From NCBI GenBank assembly GCA_009775265.1, contig VSPG01000004.1, forward strand, positions 42,901 through 106,900: a stretch of DNA of 64,000 bases, read 5' to 3'. Below the pieces are notes generated by a model, which had not been told where the DNA came from, ran no database searches, and saw only the letters and a program-made list of their open reading frames with translations. Origin of the DNA: Muribaculaceae bacterium (GTDB lineage Bacteria > Bacteroidota > Bacteroidia > Bacteroidales > Muribaculaceae). This document shows positions 28,855-37,833 of this stretch, piece after piece (position 1 is the stretch's first letter; each line of letters starts with the position of its first letter). The position numbers and the translations under genes were made by a program.

Positions 28855-28888
28855 GAGGCCGCACCACCATGTGCGGTCTCGTTTTTTA
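28855..28888 (+). terminator. Intrinsic terminator of the arabinose operon
   Basis: GAGGCCGCAC (28855-28864) pairs with GTGCGGTCTC (28871-28880), with one G-U pair. It is followed by GTTTTTT. Confidence 0.7.
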
Positions 28889-28976
28889 TCTATCGCAGCC
28901 ATTCAAAAATACCATTGCACACCGCCGTGGAATCTTCGTGATATTTGTTCCTTTGCACAAATAAAAACCGATACAT

Positions 28977-29177
28977 ATGATTACACCTATGACAATATGG
29001 CTCTGTGTTGCGGGAAGCGTACTGGGCCTCATAGCACTACGGCTTGTCAACATCGCTGCAAAAAACGGATTTTTCAGGCATCCGGTCTTTGATACAGGTA
29101 CAGAACGCGAAGAAATATGGATTCCGGGCGACCCCCTGCCCCACGAAACCTGCGACGATTATGACGACGATTTCTGA
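28977..29177 (+). CDS. Possible small membrane protein (66 aa) with acidic C-terminal tail
   Basis: ORF MITPMTIWLCVAGSVLGLIALRLV...ETCDDYDDDF. It has one predicted TM helix, GC3-rich codons like its neighbours and an A-rich upstream context. It overlaps the preferred thrE-like start by 17 nt. I recognised no homology. Confidence 0.3.
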   Translation: MITPMTIWLCVAGSVLGLIALRLVNIAAKNGFFRHPVFDTGTEREEIWIPGDPLPHETCDDYDDDF

Positions 29178-29934
29178 CACTGCCGAAACCGGGCGCTTTC
29201 TTTGCGACTACGCGGCATGTCTGCTGCGTAGCGGAGCCACCTGCATACGCCTTGAAAAAAACGTGCAGCGGATGGCCGAACGCTGGCATCTGAATGCCGC
29301 GCTTACCATCATGCCGCGCAACATACACCTATCTGTCTGCACCCGCGACGGCGGAGAAAGCACCATGTACATGTCGCCTGCCGGACCGTCCGCAATAAGC
29401 TACGACATAGTCGCACGTCTCAGCCGTCTCAGCTGGGACGTCGCCGACGGCACTGTAGACGTAGGTCGCGCGCGCAGCATACTCGCCGAAACGGAGCGTA
29501 CGCCAGCCGCAGGTAAATGGTGGGTACTCCTTGCTGTGTCATTCGCCAATGCATCGTTCTGCCGCCTTTTCGGAGGCGATTGCGCAGCCATGGCCATAGT
29601 CTTTTTCGCAACCATGGCAGGATACTACGTGAAACAGACCATGCTTGCCGCGCATGCCGACGTACGCATTGTTTTCGCCGTCTGCGCATTCATTTCATCA
29701 GTTCTTGGCGCAACCGGCAGTCTGTTCTCCATTGGCTCTACTCCTGAAATAGCCATAGCCACGAGCGTGCTCTATCTTGTGCCGGGCATTCCCTTCCTTA
29801 ACGCATTCAGCGACATGCTCGACCGACACTACATCTGTTTCTTCAGCCGTATGACCGATGCCGTCATCCTCACCTGCTGCCTGTCTCTCGGCCTTTGCGC
29901 CGGAATGTCACTGATGCGGGCAGGCATGTTTTAG
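29161..29934 (+). CDS. Threonine/serine exporter family protein (ThrE, DUF1212 part)
   Basis: The ORF track starts at 29044. I prefer Met40 (MTTISDTAETGRFLCDYAACLLRSGATCIRLEKNVQRM...), which matches the usual family N-terminus. The C-terminal half is polytopic. Confidence 0.75.
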   Translation: MTTISDTAETGRFLCDYAACLLRSGATCIRLEKNVQRMAERWHLNAALTIMPRNIHLSVCTRDGGESTMYMSPAGPSAISYDIVARLSRLSWDVADGTVDVGRARSILAETERTPAAGKWWVLLAVSFANASFCRLFGGDCAAMAIVFFATMAGYYVKQTMLAAHADVRIVFAVCAFISSVLGATGSLFSIGSTPEIAIATSVLYLVPGIPFLNAFSDMLDRHYICFFSRMTDAVILTCCLSLGLCAGMSLMRAGMF

Positions 29935-29962
29935 AACTTGGTTCTTAGTAAAAAACCACGTA

Positions 29963-30457
29963 ATGATAGCCGATATTTTACAAGATGCATTCTTTGCCGC
30001 GATAGCCGCCATCGGTTTCGCGTCTATAAGCAACCCGCCGCGCAACACCTATCTGTATTGTGCCATAATTGCAGCCATAGGCCACTCTCTGCGATTTGTC
30101 CTCATGCAGAGTATGCTTGGCCTGCATATAGTGGCAGCCACGGGCATCGCTGCTTTTGCCGTCGGGCTGGCGGCAGTGCTTGTGTCGCCACGGGCTCGCA
30201 TCCCCGCCGAAACATTCTTGTTTCCGTCGCTGCTGCCGATGATTCCCGGAATATACGCTTACAAGGCGTTCGGCGGCCTTGCCATGTGCCTTCTGCATAA
30301 AAACGAAACGGACTTCATGCATTATTTCTACCTTTTTGCCGACAACGGCCTCACTTGCGTGTTTATAATATTGGCAATGGTCGTAGGAGCCACAATGCCT
30401 ATATTCATGTTCAAACATATCTCGTTCCGTGCCACAAGAAACACGGATGATTTGTAA
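29963..30457 (+). CDS. Threonine/serine exporter family protein (ThrE_2, DUF3815 part)
   Basis: 164-aa ORF with 4-5 TM helices. It is the usual partner directly downstream of a DUF1212 gene. Confidence 0.75.
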   Translation: MIADILQDAFFAAIAAIGFASISNPPRNTYLYCAIIAAIGHSLRFVLMQSMLGLHIVAATGIAAFAVGLAAVLVSPRARIPAETFLFPSLLPMIPGIYAYKAFGGLAMCLLHKNETDFMHYFYLFADNGLTCVFIILAMVVGATMPIFMFKHISFRATRNTDDL

Positions 30458-30462
30458 CTTTG
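30455..30462 (+). promoter_or_regulatory. Candidate -7 box TAACTTTG for the LysR gene
   Basis: Exact TAnnTTTG match, 11 nt before the preferred ATG at 30474. It overlaps the thrE_2 stop codon. Confidence 0.4.
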
Positions 30463-30473
30463 CACCAGCAATT

Positions 30474-31376
30474 ATGGAACTACGCCAATTAAAATACTTC
30501 GTAAAGGTGGCCGAGACTCTGAACTTCTCGGAAGCCGCCAAGGAACTTTTCATCACACAAAGCACACTGTCGCAACAGATAAAACAGCTTGAAGCCGAGA
30601 TAAACGCACAACTCCTCCAGCGCAACAGCCACGGGGTGGCACTCACCGAGGCCGGAGCCGAACTCCTCCCCTACGCCAGACGCACAATATGCGATGCCGA
30701 AATGTGCCGTCAGCGCATGTTCGACCTTCAGGATCTGCTCACTGGCACACTGAACATCGGCGTCACATACTCTTTCGCGCCGATTCTCACCGAAAGCATA
30801 TTCACATTCATGAAGCAATACCCCGGAGTGAAACTCAATGTGTTTTACAAACCCATGGCCGAACTCATGGATATGCTGCGCCGCCGCCAAGTAGATTTCG
30901 TGCTCGCTTTCAAACCCTCGGAAACCATGGAAGGCATAGAATCGCACGTGCTTTTTCAGAACTATCTTGCAGCGATAGCGAATCCCTCGCATCCTATAGC
31001 CGGACTGCCCAAGGTCAGAATCGAGGACGTGGCACGCTACAGCCTCGCTCTGCCGTCGAAAGGGCTACAGGCGCGAAATGCCCTCGACACACTGCTGGAG
31101 CGTAATCCGTGCGAGCTGAAAATACGCATTGAGCTCAACGATCCCCATATCCTGCTCGACCTGATACGCCGCAGCACACTCGTCACCGTGCTTGCCGAAG
31201 CCTCCATACACAACCAGAACGGAGTCAAAGCCATTCCGCTCGACGTGCCCGGAGGCGAAATGTCAGGCTGTGTGCACATCCTCAAAGACAGCTACCGCAA
31301 ACGCTCCATGCAGGTGTTCATAACACTTCTGAGCGAGTCAATGGCCGTTCGAGAACGCGCCAACGCATGGATTTGA
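30474..31376 (+). CDS. LysR-family transcriptional regulator
   Basis: Preferred start MELRQLKYFVKVAETLNFSEAAKELFITQSTLSQQIKQLE (a LysR wHTH). The ORF track start at 30429 would lie inside thrE_2 and upstream of the promoter box. Confidence 0.85.
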   Translation: MELRQLKYFVKVAETLNFSEAAKELFITQSTLSQQIKQLEAEINAQLLQRNSHGVALTEAGAELLPYARRTICDAEMCRQRMFDLQDLLTGTLNIGVTYSFAPILTESIFTFMKQYPGVKLNVFYKPMAELMDMLRRRQVDFVLAFKPSETMEGIESHVLFQNYLAAIANPSHPIAGLPKVRIEDVARYSLALPSKGLQARNALDTLLERNPCELKIRIELNDPHILLDLIRRSTLVTVLAEASIHNQNGVKAIPLDVPGGEMSGCVHILKDSYRKRSMQVFITLLSESMAVRERANAWI

Positions 31377-31395
31377 CGGATAAACGTGTTTTTCG

Positions 31396-31403
31396 TAACT
31401 TTG
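31396..31403 (+). promoter_or_regulatory. Candidate -7 box TAACTTTG for the NhaC-family gene
   Basis: Exact TAnnTTTG match (context CGTAACTTTGCG), 20 nt before the ATG at 31424. Confidence 0.4.
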
Positions 31404-31423
31404 CGGAAAATTCCGTAAATTAC

Positions 31424-32719
31424 ATGACTGAAAACGCATCCCCGACCGGCATCGGGACATGCCGCGGGCTTATGGCTCTTTCGCCTATTTTTGTGTTCGC
31501 CGCATTATACCTCGGCACATCTGTCGCAGCCAGAGATTTCTATGCTATGCCGCTGTCGCTTGCCTTCGTGGCGGCCTCGGCATGGGCTGTCGTCATCGGT
31601 CGCGGACATGGCAGTTTCGCCGCACGCATCGAGCAGTTCTCGCGAGCGGCCGGGTCAACAAATATCCTGAGCATGATATGGATATTTATCCTTGCAGGCG
31701 CATTCGCATCGCTGGCCTCCGGCATAGGAGCGATAGAAGCCACCGTCAACCTGGCGTTGCGCTATCTTCCTTTGGGATTCATGGTGCCCGGCCTGTTCCT
31801 TGCCGCATGCTTCATATCGCTGTCCATAGGCACATCTGTGGGCACTGTGGTTGCACTTACGCCCTTGGCTGTGGAAATCGCATCGGAAAGCGGAAATGAA
31901 GTGGGAATGCTCGTCGCAGCACTGCTTGGAGGCGCTTTTTTCGGCGACAACCTGTCGTTTATTTCCGACACTACCATCGCAGCCACCCGCTCGCAGAACG
32001 TGCCGATGAACGCCAAATTCCGCGCCAACCTCGCCATAGTATTGCCGGCCGCCATAGCCACCCTTGCCATATATGTGTTCGTAGGGGCGCACACTTCCGA
32101 CTACACCCCTTCCACAGAATGCAACTATTGGCTCGTAATTCCATATATAGCCGTACTCGTAATGGCTGTAGCCGGCGTGAACGTCAACATCGTGCTTGTC
32201 ACGGGTATATTGGCCTCTATTACGATAGGCCTGTCATACAGCATCGCGCCGGGAGCCATGGCTCGCGCCATGGGTAATGGAATCGACGGCATGGGAGGCC
32301 TCATCGTGGTGACGCTGCTTGCGGCCGGAATGCTCGGGCTTATAAAAGATTACGGAGGCATCGACTGGATGCTCGGAGCCATGACACGGCATGTTTCAGG
32401 CAGCCGGGGAGCTAAAGCCACGATGCTGCTGCTCGTAGGAGCGGTGAACGCATGCACTGCCAACAACACCGTGGCCATAATCACAGTAGGCTCCATAAGC
32501 CGTGGCATCGCGGAACGATTCGGTATTGCACGCGTACGCGCCGCAAGCATTCTCGACACCGGCTCCTGCATCGTTCAGTGCCTTATTCCTTATGGGGCGC
32601 AGACTCTGCTTGCCACCGGCATGGCCGGAATCAGTCCCGCCGAGCCGTGGCCGTGGCTCTACTACCCATGGGCGCTGCTCATATGTGTGGTCGCCGCAAT
32701 TGTACTCCGCCGCAATTAA
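31424..32719 (+). CDS. Na+/H+ antiporter NhaC-family transporter
   Basis: Polytopic ORF. The preferred start is Met20 of the track ORF (MTENASPTG...), downstream of the promoter box. Glycine-rich TM segments are typical of the NhaC family. Confidence 0.75.
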   Translation: MTENASPTGIGTCRGLMALSPIFVFAALYLGTSVAARDFYAMPLSLAFVAASAWAVVIGRGHGSFAARIEQFSRAAGSTNILSMIWIFILAGAFASLASGIGAIEATVNLALRYLPLGFMVPGLFLAACFISLSIGTSVGTVVALTPLAVEIASESGNEVGMLVAALLGGAFFGDNLSFISDTTIAATRSQNVPMNAKFRANLAIVLPAAIATLAIYVFVGAHTSDYTPSTECNYWLVIPYIAVLVMAVAGVNVNIVLVTGILASITIGLSYSIAPGAMARAMGNGIDGMGGLIVVTLLAAGMLGLIKDYGGIDWMLGAMTRHVSGSRGAKATMLLLVGAVNACTANNTVAIITVGSISRGIAERFGIARVRAASILDTGSCIVQCLIPYGAQTLLATGMAGISPAEPWPWLYYPWALLICVVAAIVLRRN

Positions 32720-32742
32720 GAAATTGTTTAATAATAAAAAGA

Positions 32743-32772
32743 GCCCGCCGGCTCAGATGAGAGTTGGCGGGC
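32743..32772 (-). terminator. Intrinsic terminator for the minus-strand hexuronate operon
   Basis: GCCCGCC (32743-32749) pairs with GGCGGGC (32766-32772). On the minus strand it is followed by TCTTTTTATTAT. Confidence 0.55.
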
Positions 32773-32868
32773 GGAGAAGGTTATCGACTATTCTCAAGCC
32801 TTGACTTTTTAATAACGTCAGCAAAATGCCTTCTCTTGCTATTAAAAACATCAGGCCGCAGAAATGGT

Positions 32869-34329
32869 TCACCGATTAAGTTCTATCTTTTTGTAGCGTG
32901 GCACAAGCATTTTCATGATGAACCATGCTGCTATGTAGCTCAATGCACAGATGCAGAACACTATCATATAGCCTGCAGGCTTGCCTGTGAAACCTGCAAA
33001 TGAGAAATCTGCTCCGCGCGCGGCGGCATAATCGAAAAGTATGCCGCTGCCCTGATTGATTATATAGCATCCGATGCCACCGGCCATTGTACCGATACCT
33101 ACGATGGATGCCACGGTGCTTTTAGGAAACATATCGCCTATCGTCGAGTAGAGGTTGGCACTCCAGGCCTGATGGCCGGCACCCGCAAGTCCTATTATAA
33201 CCGCCGGCCACCATGCGGAATACATTCCCAACGGCTGCGCAAACAGCGCAAGCACCGGAAGAAATGCAAACAGCAGCATTGCACGCATACGGCCCGCATA
33301 AGGATTCATGCCGAGACGTTCAACAAAAATCTTAGGCAGATAGCCGCCGCCTATCGACACTATTGTGACAATAAGATACAATGTAAAAATCAGCGCCTGC
33401 CCCATTGGGGTGTAGGAAGCATAGCCATACTGGTCGGAGAAATAGGCAGGAGTCCAGAACAGAAAAAACCACCACACACCGTCGGTCAGGGCTTTGCCTG
33501 TGATAAAAGCCCATGTCTGACGGAAAGAGAAACAGCGCCAGAATGGTATTGTGTCGTGCTCCTCCGCTTCTACCTCCAGACTGCTCTCCCCGGCTTCGTC
33601 CTGACGTATGTAGGCAAGCTCGGCGGCATTCACATGCCTCGAATCCTCAGGGGCAGAATAGCACCTGAGCCAAAATCCCATCCATACAAAGCCCAGCGCG
33701 CCTATTATCACAAAAGCCATCTCCCAGCCCAACAGCCGTGCAAGCAGTGGGATGCAGAGCGGAGCCGCCAACGCTCCCACCGAAGCACCGCTATTGAAAA
33801 GCGCAGTGGCAAACGCACGGTCTTTTTTCGGAAAATACAACGCAGTCACTTTGATGGCCGCAGGAAAGTTGCCGGCCTCTCCCAATGCGAGAAGCGCACG
33901 GCAGCCGAGAAAAAGCCACACGCTCACAGAAGCCAAGGCCAAAGCCAAGGCGCTTCCGCTCTCTATGGCCGCAAGGGCTTCAAGCGACTCCACACCTTCC
34001 ACTTTCATCGTCACCCAACCGCAACCGGCATGCATACAGGCCGCAAGCGACCATATGAATATGGCCCACAGATAGCCGCGCCGGGCTCCCATCCAATCTA
34101 TGAACTTGCCGGCAAAAAGACTCACAGCGGCATAGAACAGAGAGAAGAACCCCGTTATAGTGCCGTAGTCGGAATCGGTCCAATGAAATTCGGGAGCGAT
34201 GAAGTCTTTCCACGTGAGCGAGAGCACCTGCCGGTCGAGGTAGTTTATTGTAGTTGCAAAAAACAGCAACGTACATATCACCCAGCGCCAATTACTGCTT
34301 CTGAGCGACGATGAAGTGGTGGTATTCAT
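32869..34329 (-). CDS. MFS transporter, hexuronate (ExuT)-like
   Basis: 486-aa ORF with 12 TM helices and the N-terminal motif ATTINYLDRQVLSL, typical of the ACS/ExuT subfamily. It is adjacent to uxaC. Confidence 0.8.
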   Translation of the reverse strand: MNTTTSSSLRSSNWRWVICTLLFFATTINYLDRQVLSLTWKDFIAPEFHWTDSDYGTITGFFSLFYAAVSLFAGKFIDWMGARRGYLWAIFIWSLAACMHAGCGWVTMKVEGVESLEALAAIESGSALALALASVSVWLFLGCRALLALGEAGNFPAAIKVTALYFPKKDRAFATALFNSGASVGALAAPLCIPLLARLLGWEMAFVIIGALGFVWMGFWLRCYSAPEDSRHVNAAELAYIRQDEAGESSLEVEAEEHDTIPFWRCFSFRQTWAFITGKALTDGVWWFFLFWTPAYFSDQYGYASYTPMGQALIFTLYLIVTIVSIGGGYLPKIFVERLGMNPYAGRMRAMLLFAFLPVLALFAQPLGMYSAWWPAVIIGLAGAGHQAWSANLYSTIGDMFPKSTVASIVGIGTMAGGIGCYIINQGSGILFDYAAARGADFSFAGFTGKPAGYMIVFCICALSYIAAWFIMKMLVPRYKKIELNR

Positions 34330-34345
34330 GGTATGATGGCGGTTT

Positions 34346-35758
34346 TCAGAATTTGAAATAGTTTTTGGCGTTATTATAGCAGATGTCCTCTACCATCTGA
34401 CGCAGGCGGCGTTCTTCATAACCCGAGAACGGAATCAGACCAGCCTCCACATCGGCTCCGACGAGGTCGCAAAGAGTGCGTCGGAAATAGTCGTGGCGCG
34501 GATATGAAAGGAACGAGCGCGAATCGGTGAGCATACCGACAAAGCGGCTCAGCAAACCGAGCAGCGATAAAGAGTTCATCTGACGCCTCATGCCGTCTAT
34601 CTGGTCATTGAACCACCATCCCGAGCCGAACTGCATTTTACCGGCGGTGATACCGTCCTGGAAGTTTCCGATCATTGTGGCCATGACCTCATTGGCGCAC
34701 GGGTTGAGATTATAGAGAATCGTACGCGCAAGCTTGCCGGCACTGTCAAGTCTGTCAAGAAAACGTGCACATGCGCTTGCCGTGGCAAATTCACCTATGG
34801 AATCGAAGCCCGTGTCAGGGCCTATGGACTGCATCATGCGGCTGTTATTGTTGCGTATGGTGCCGTAGTGAAACTGCTGCGTCCAGTCCGAGGCTGCGTC
34901 CATTTCGCCGAATACAAGCAGCATCTTGCTCTTGAATCTGCGCACATCGTCCTCGGAAAGCGTCTCGCCAGCCATCACTCGGGCGAAAATGCCCACAATA
35001 TCCGCCTCGTCAAAATCCTCGGCATAAAATTCTTCTATTCCATGGTCGCTGAGGCGGCATCCGTTGCTCTCAAAGAAATCGTGGCGGCGCTGCAGTGCCT
35101 CGCATAGACCGGCAAATGTGTCGATTCTGACTCCGGCGGCATCACCGAGTGTACGGACATATGCCGCGAATTGGCCGGGGTTTTCCACCGCCATCGCTTT
35201 GTCCGGACGCCATGTAGGCAGCACCTTTATCTCGAACCCGCTTTCGCGTATGGCGCGGTGATGCTCGAGAGTGTCGGCAGGGTCGTCGGTGGTGCACACT
35301 GTCTCCACACCATAATGGCGCATGAGTCCGCGTGGAGTCATGCTTTCCTTGTCACGCAACTGGGCGTTGCACTCGTCAAATATCCGGCGCGCACTTTCGG
35401 GGTTGAGGGTTTCGTCTATTCCGAAAGCCGTGCGAAGCTCCATATGAGTCCAGTGATAAAGCGGGTTACGGAAAGCGTAAGGCACCGTTTCGGCCCACTT
35501 CTCAAATTTTTCCCAGTCGGAGGCATCACCGGTGATGAAACGCTCGTTCACACCATTGGCACGCATGGCGCGCCACTTGTAATGGTCACCGCCAAGCCAC
35601 AGGGCTGTGATAGATGCAAAACGCCTGTCGGCAGCAATGAGAGCCGGGTCAAGATGGCAATGATAGTCTATTATAGGCTTCGACGCAGCATGCTCGCGAT
35701 ACAACATACGCGAAACAGGCGATTGCAGCAGGAAATCGCTGCCCAAGAAATCACTCAT
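34346..35758 (-). CDS. uxaC: Glucuronate isomerase
   Basis: Preferred start is Met19 of the track ORF (MSDFLGSDFLLQS...), 13 nt after the uxuB stop. It has the motifs IIDYHCHL and GDHYKWRAMRANG. Confidence 0.9.
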   Translation of the reverse strand: MSDFLGSDFLLQSPVSRMLYREHAASKPIIDYHCHLDPALIAADRRFASITALWLGGDHYKWRAMRANGVNERFITGDASDWEKFEKWAETVPYAFRNPLYHWTHMELRTAFGIDETLNPESARRIFDECNAQLRDKESMTPRGLMRHYGVETVCTTDDPADTLEHHRAIRESGFEIKVLPTWRPDKAMAVENPGQFAAYVRTLGDAAGVRIDTFAGLCEALQRRHDFFESNGCRLSDHGIEEFYAEDFDEADIVGIFARVMAGETLSEDDVRRFKSKMLLVFGEMDAASDWTQQFHYGTIRNNNSRMMQSIGPDTGFDSIGEFATASACARFLDRLDSAGKLARTILYNLNPCANEVMATMIGNFQDGITAGKMQFGSGWWFNDQIDGMRRQMNSLSLLGLLSRFVGMLTDSRSFLSYPRHDYFRRTLCDLVGADVEAGLIPFSGYEERRLRQMVEDICYNNAKNYFKF

Positions 35759-35771
35759 ACCACAAACTTTA

Positions 35772-36590
35772 TCACATTGCAAACGCGTTGAATCCGCCAT
35801 CCACCACGGCAACCGTGCCGGTGACGAACTTTGATGCCTTACTCATAAGATAATGTATCGTACCGCACAACTCATCGGCTTCGCCCATGCGACCGAAAGG
35901 AGTCTGACGGATGACATCCCGGCCACGTTCGGTATACGTGCCGTCGGGGTTTGTCAGCAAAGAACGGTTCTGCTCCGTGATGAAAAATCCGGGAGCAATT
36001 GCGTTGACACGGATTCCCTCGCCGAACTTTTTGGCACATTCCGTGGCCATATATGCCGTAAAGTTGGAAATGCCTGCCTTCGCGGCCGCATAGCCGCAGA
36101 CGCGTGTCATGGGACGGAAAGCCGCCATCGAGGAGAAATTGATGATGGCGCCGCTACCCTGCCGGGCCATAGGATGCAGGAACACCTGCGTGGGGATTAC
36201 CGTACCGGTAAGGTTTAGCGACAGCACTTTTTGGAACTGCTCGGGGTCAAGGTCGAAAAAGGTCTGTTCCGGAGCTATTGTGGCACCCTTCATATTGCCT
36301 CCGGCAGCATTGAGCAGAGTGTCGACGCGCCCGTACCGCTTCAATATTTCGTCGCAGTTCTGTTCCACAAGAGCTCGATTCATCACATCGGTCTGCATGA
36401 ATTCTATGCTGCCCTCAGGTTTCTCAGCCATGACTTCCTCCACTATTGCACGGCCCACATCTTCCTTTCGGCCGAGTATTATCACTTTAGCGCCTTCGTG
36501 CGCCAGATATTTGGCTATGGCACGCCCGAGCACACCGGTGCCGCCGGTTATCACGGTGACGTTGCCCTTTATGTCAAATAAGTTATTCAT
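35772..36590 (-). CDS. uxuB: SDR-family oxidoreductase, probable D-mannonate/fructuronate oxidoreductase
   Basis: 272-aa ORF with the Rossmann motif TGGTGVLG and the catalytic YAAAKAG (YxxxK). It sits between uxuA and uxaC, and its start overlaps the uxuA stop (ATGA at 36587-36590). Confidence 0.7.
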   Translation of the reverse strand: MNNLFDIKGNVTVITGGTGVLGRAIAKYLAHEGAKVIILGRKEDVGRAIVEEVMAEKPEGSIEFMQTDVMNRALVEQNCDEILKRYGRVDTLLNAAGGNMKGATIAPEQTFFDLDPEQFQKVLSLNLTGTVIPTQVFLHPMARQGSGAIINFSSMAAFRPMTRVCGYAAAKAGISNFTAYMATECAKKFGEGIRVNAIAPGFFITEQNRSLLTNPDGTYTERGRDVIRQTPFGRMGEADELCGTIHYLMSKASKFVTGTVAVVDGGFNAFAM

Positions 36591-37750
36591 TGTTTTTCGG
36601 TATTAACAGTTGCCATTATGCCTGCCACCATTCCAAGAGCGAGCATACGTCCGTGGAACGAATATCCGGCATTATATCCCATCTCTCCATCGCCGAGCAT
36701 CAGCGGAGCATGATCCACTCTCATTGGTACCGACGGATTCTCCCGCTCGAAAATACGGGTCACTTCTATCAGGCGCGGGTCGAGATGCGAAGCTTCCTTG
36801 AAATCGCCGCCGGGCATCACGTTGCAAATGCGCAGATGCGCGAAATGGGTGCGCGAAGCATATTTTTTGGCCAGTTCCACCACATCGTTGTGCGCTCCGG
36901 CCGACAGGCTTCCGGCACAGAATGTAAGTCCGTTGTGAGAATTATCTACAGCCGACAGGAACCACTCTATGTCCTCATCGCATGTGACGATACGCGGCAG
37001 ACCGAGAATTTGAAGCGGAGGATCGTCAGGATGCACGCACATGTTCACGCCCCACTGCTCGCACACGGGCATTATGGCCTCAAGAAAATATTTCATGTTG
37101 GCCCGAAGGTCGTCGCGTGTAACACCCTCATAAAGTGCGAGAAGCTCGCGGAATTTTTCGACAGGTTTCAGTTCGTCCTCGGAAATATTGCCGTTTACGA
37201 ATCCCTGTGTTTTCACTATTATATTATCGACAAGACGCTTGCGTCCGTCTTCATCCATTCCTTCTGCAAGTTTTTCCATACGCTCAAGCGTAGCCTCGTC
37301 ATAGTCACGCTCAGCATCCTTACGGCATAGTATCCGGCAGTCAAAATAGGCAAATTCGGCTTTGTTGAAATAAAGGTTGCTTGTTCCGTCGGGATTGGGA
37401 TATTCCAAATCCGTACGGGCCCAGTCAAGAACAGGCATGAAATTGTAGCACACGGTCCTGACGCCCGCGCGGCCGAGATTTGCAAGGCTCTCCTTGTAGT
37501 TTTCAATAAGACTGTCGCGCTCCGCACCGGCATATTTGATAGCCTCACATACGGGAAGGCTTTCCACCACCGACCACCGCAAGCCGTAACTCTCGATGAA
37601 ATTTTTCATTTTCATGATTTCATCGTAGGTCCATACCTCTCCGTTCGGAATATGGTGCAGAGCCGTGACTATACCCTCCACGCCTATCTGACGCAGCATG
37701 TCGAGTGTGATTTTGTCTTTAGGACCGAACCACCGCCAAGTCTTTTCCAT
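36587..37750 (-). CDS. uxuA: Mannonate dehydratase
   Basis: 387-aa ORF with the N-terminus MEKTWRWFGPKD and overall UxuA-like TIM-barrel motifs. Confidence 0.9.
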   Translation of the reverse strand: MEKTWRWFGPKDKITLDMLRQIGVEGIVTALHHIPNGEVWTYDEIMKMKNFIESYGLRWSVVESLPVCEAIKYAGAERDSLIENYKESLANLGRAGVRTVCYNFMPVLDWARTDLEYPNPDGTSNLYFNKAEFAYFDCRILCRKDAERDYDEATLERMEKLAEGMDEDGRKRLVDNIIVKTQGFVNGNISEDELKPVEKFRELLALYEGVTRDDLRANMKYFLEAIMPVCEQWGVNMCVHPDDPPLQILGLPRIVTCDEDIEWFLSAVDNSHNGLTFCAGSLSAGAHNDVVELAKKYASRTHFAHLRICNVMPGGDFKEASHLDPRLIEVTRIFERENPSVPMRVDHAPLMLGDGEMGYNAGYSFHGRMLALGMVAGIMATVNTEKQ

Positions 37751-37775
37751 TGCAGTTTTTTTTAAGAAAATAAAA

Positions 37776-37818
37776 GCGGGCTTAAGGACTTTACAATCCT
37801 TGAAGTCCTTAAGCCCGC
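37776..37818 (-). terminator. Strong intrinsic terminator after xylA: perfect 16-bp stem plus U-tract
   Basis: GCGGGCTTAAGGACTT (37776-37791) pairs perfectly with AAGTCCTTAAGCCCGC (37803-37818) around an 11-nt loop. On the minus strand it is followed by TTTTATTTTCTT. Confidence 0.8.
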
Positions 37819-37833
37819 CGATGGGTTAATCGC

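Noticed and set aside
32806-32848. AT-rich imperfect hairpin (TTTTTAAT...ATTAAAAA around AGCAA/TTGCT) downstream of the exuT-like gene.
   Set aside because: The stem is mostly A-T with an internal loop. The GC-rich hairpin with a U-tract at 32743-32772 is a better terminator candidate.
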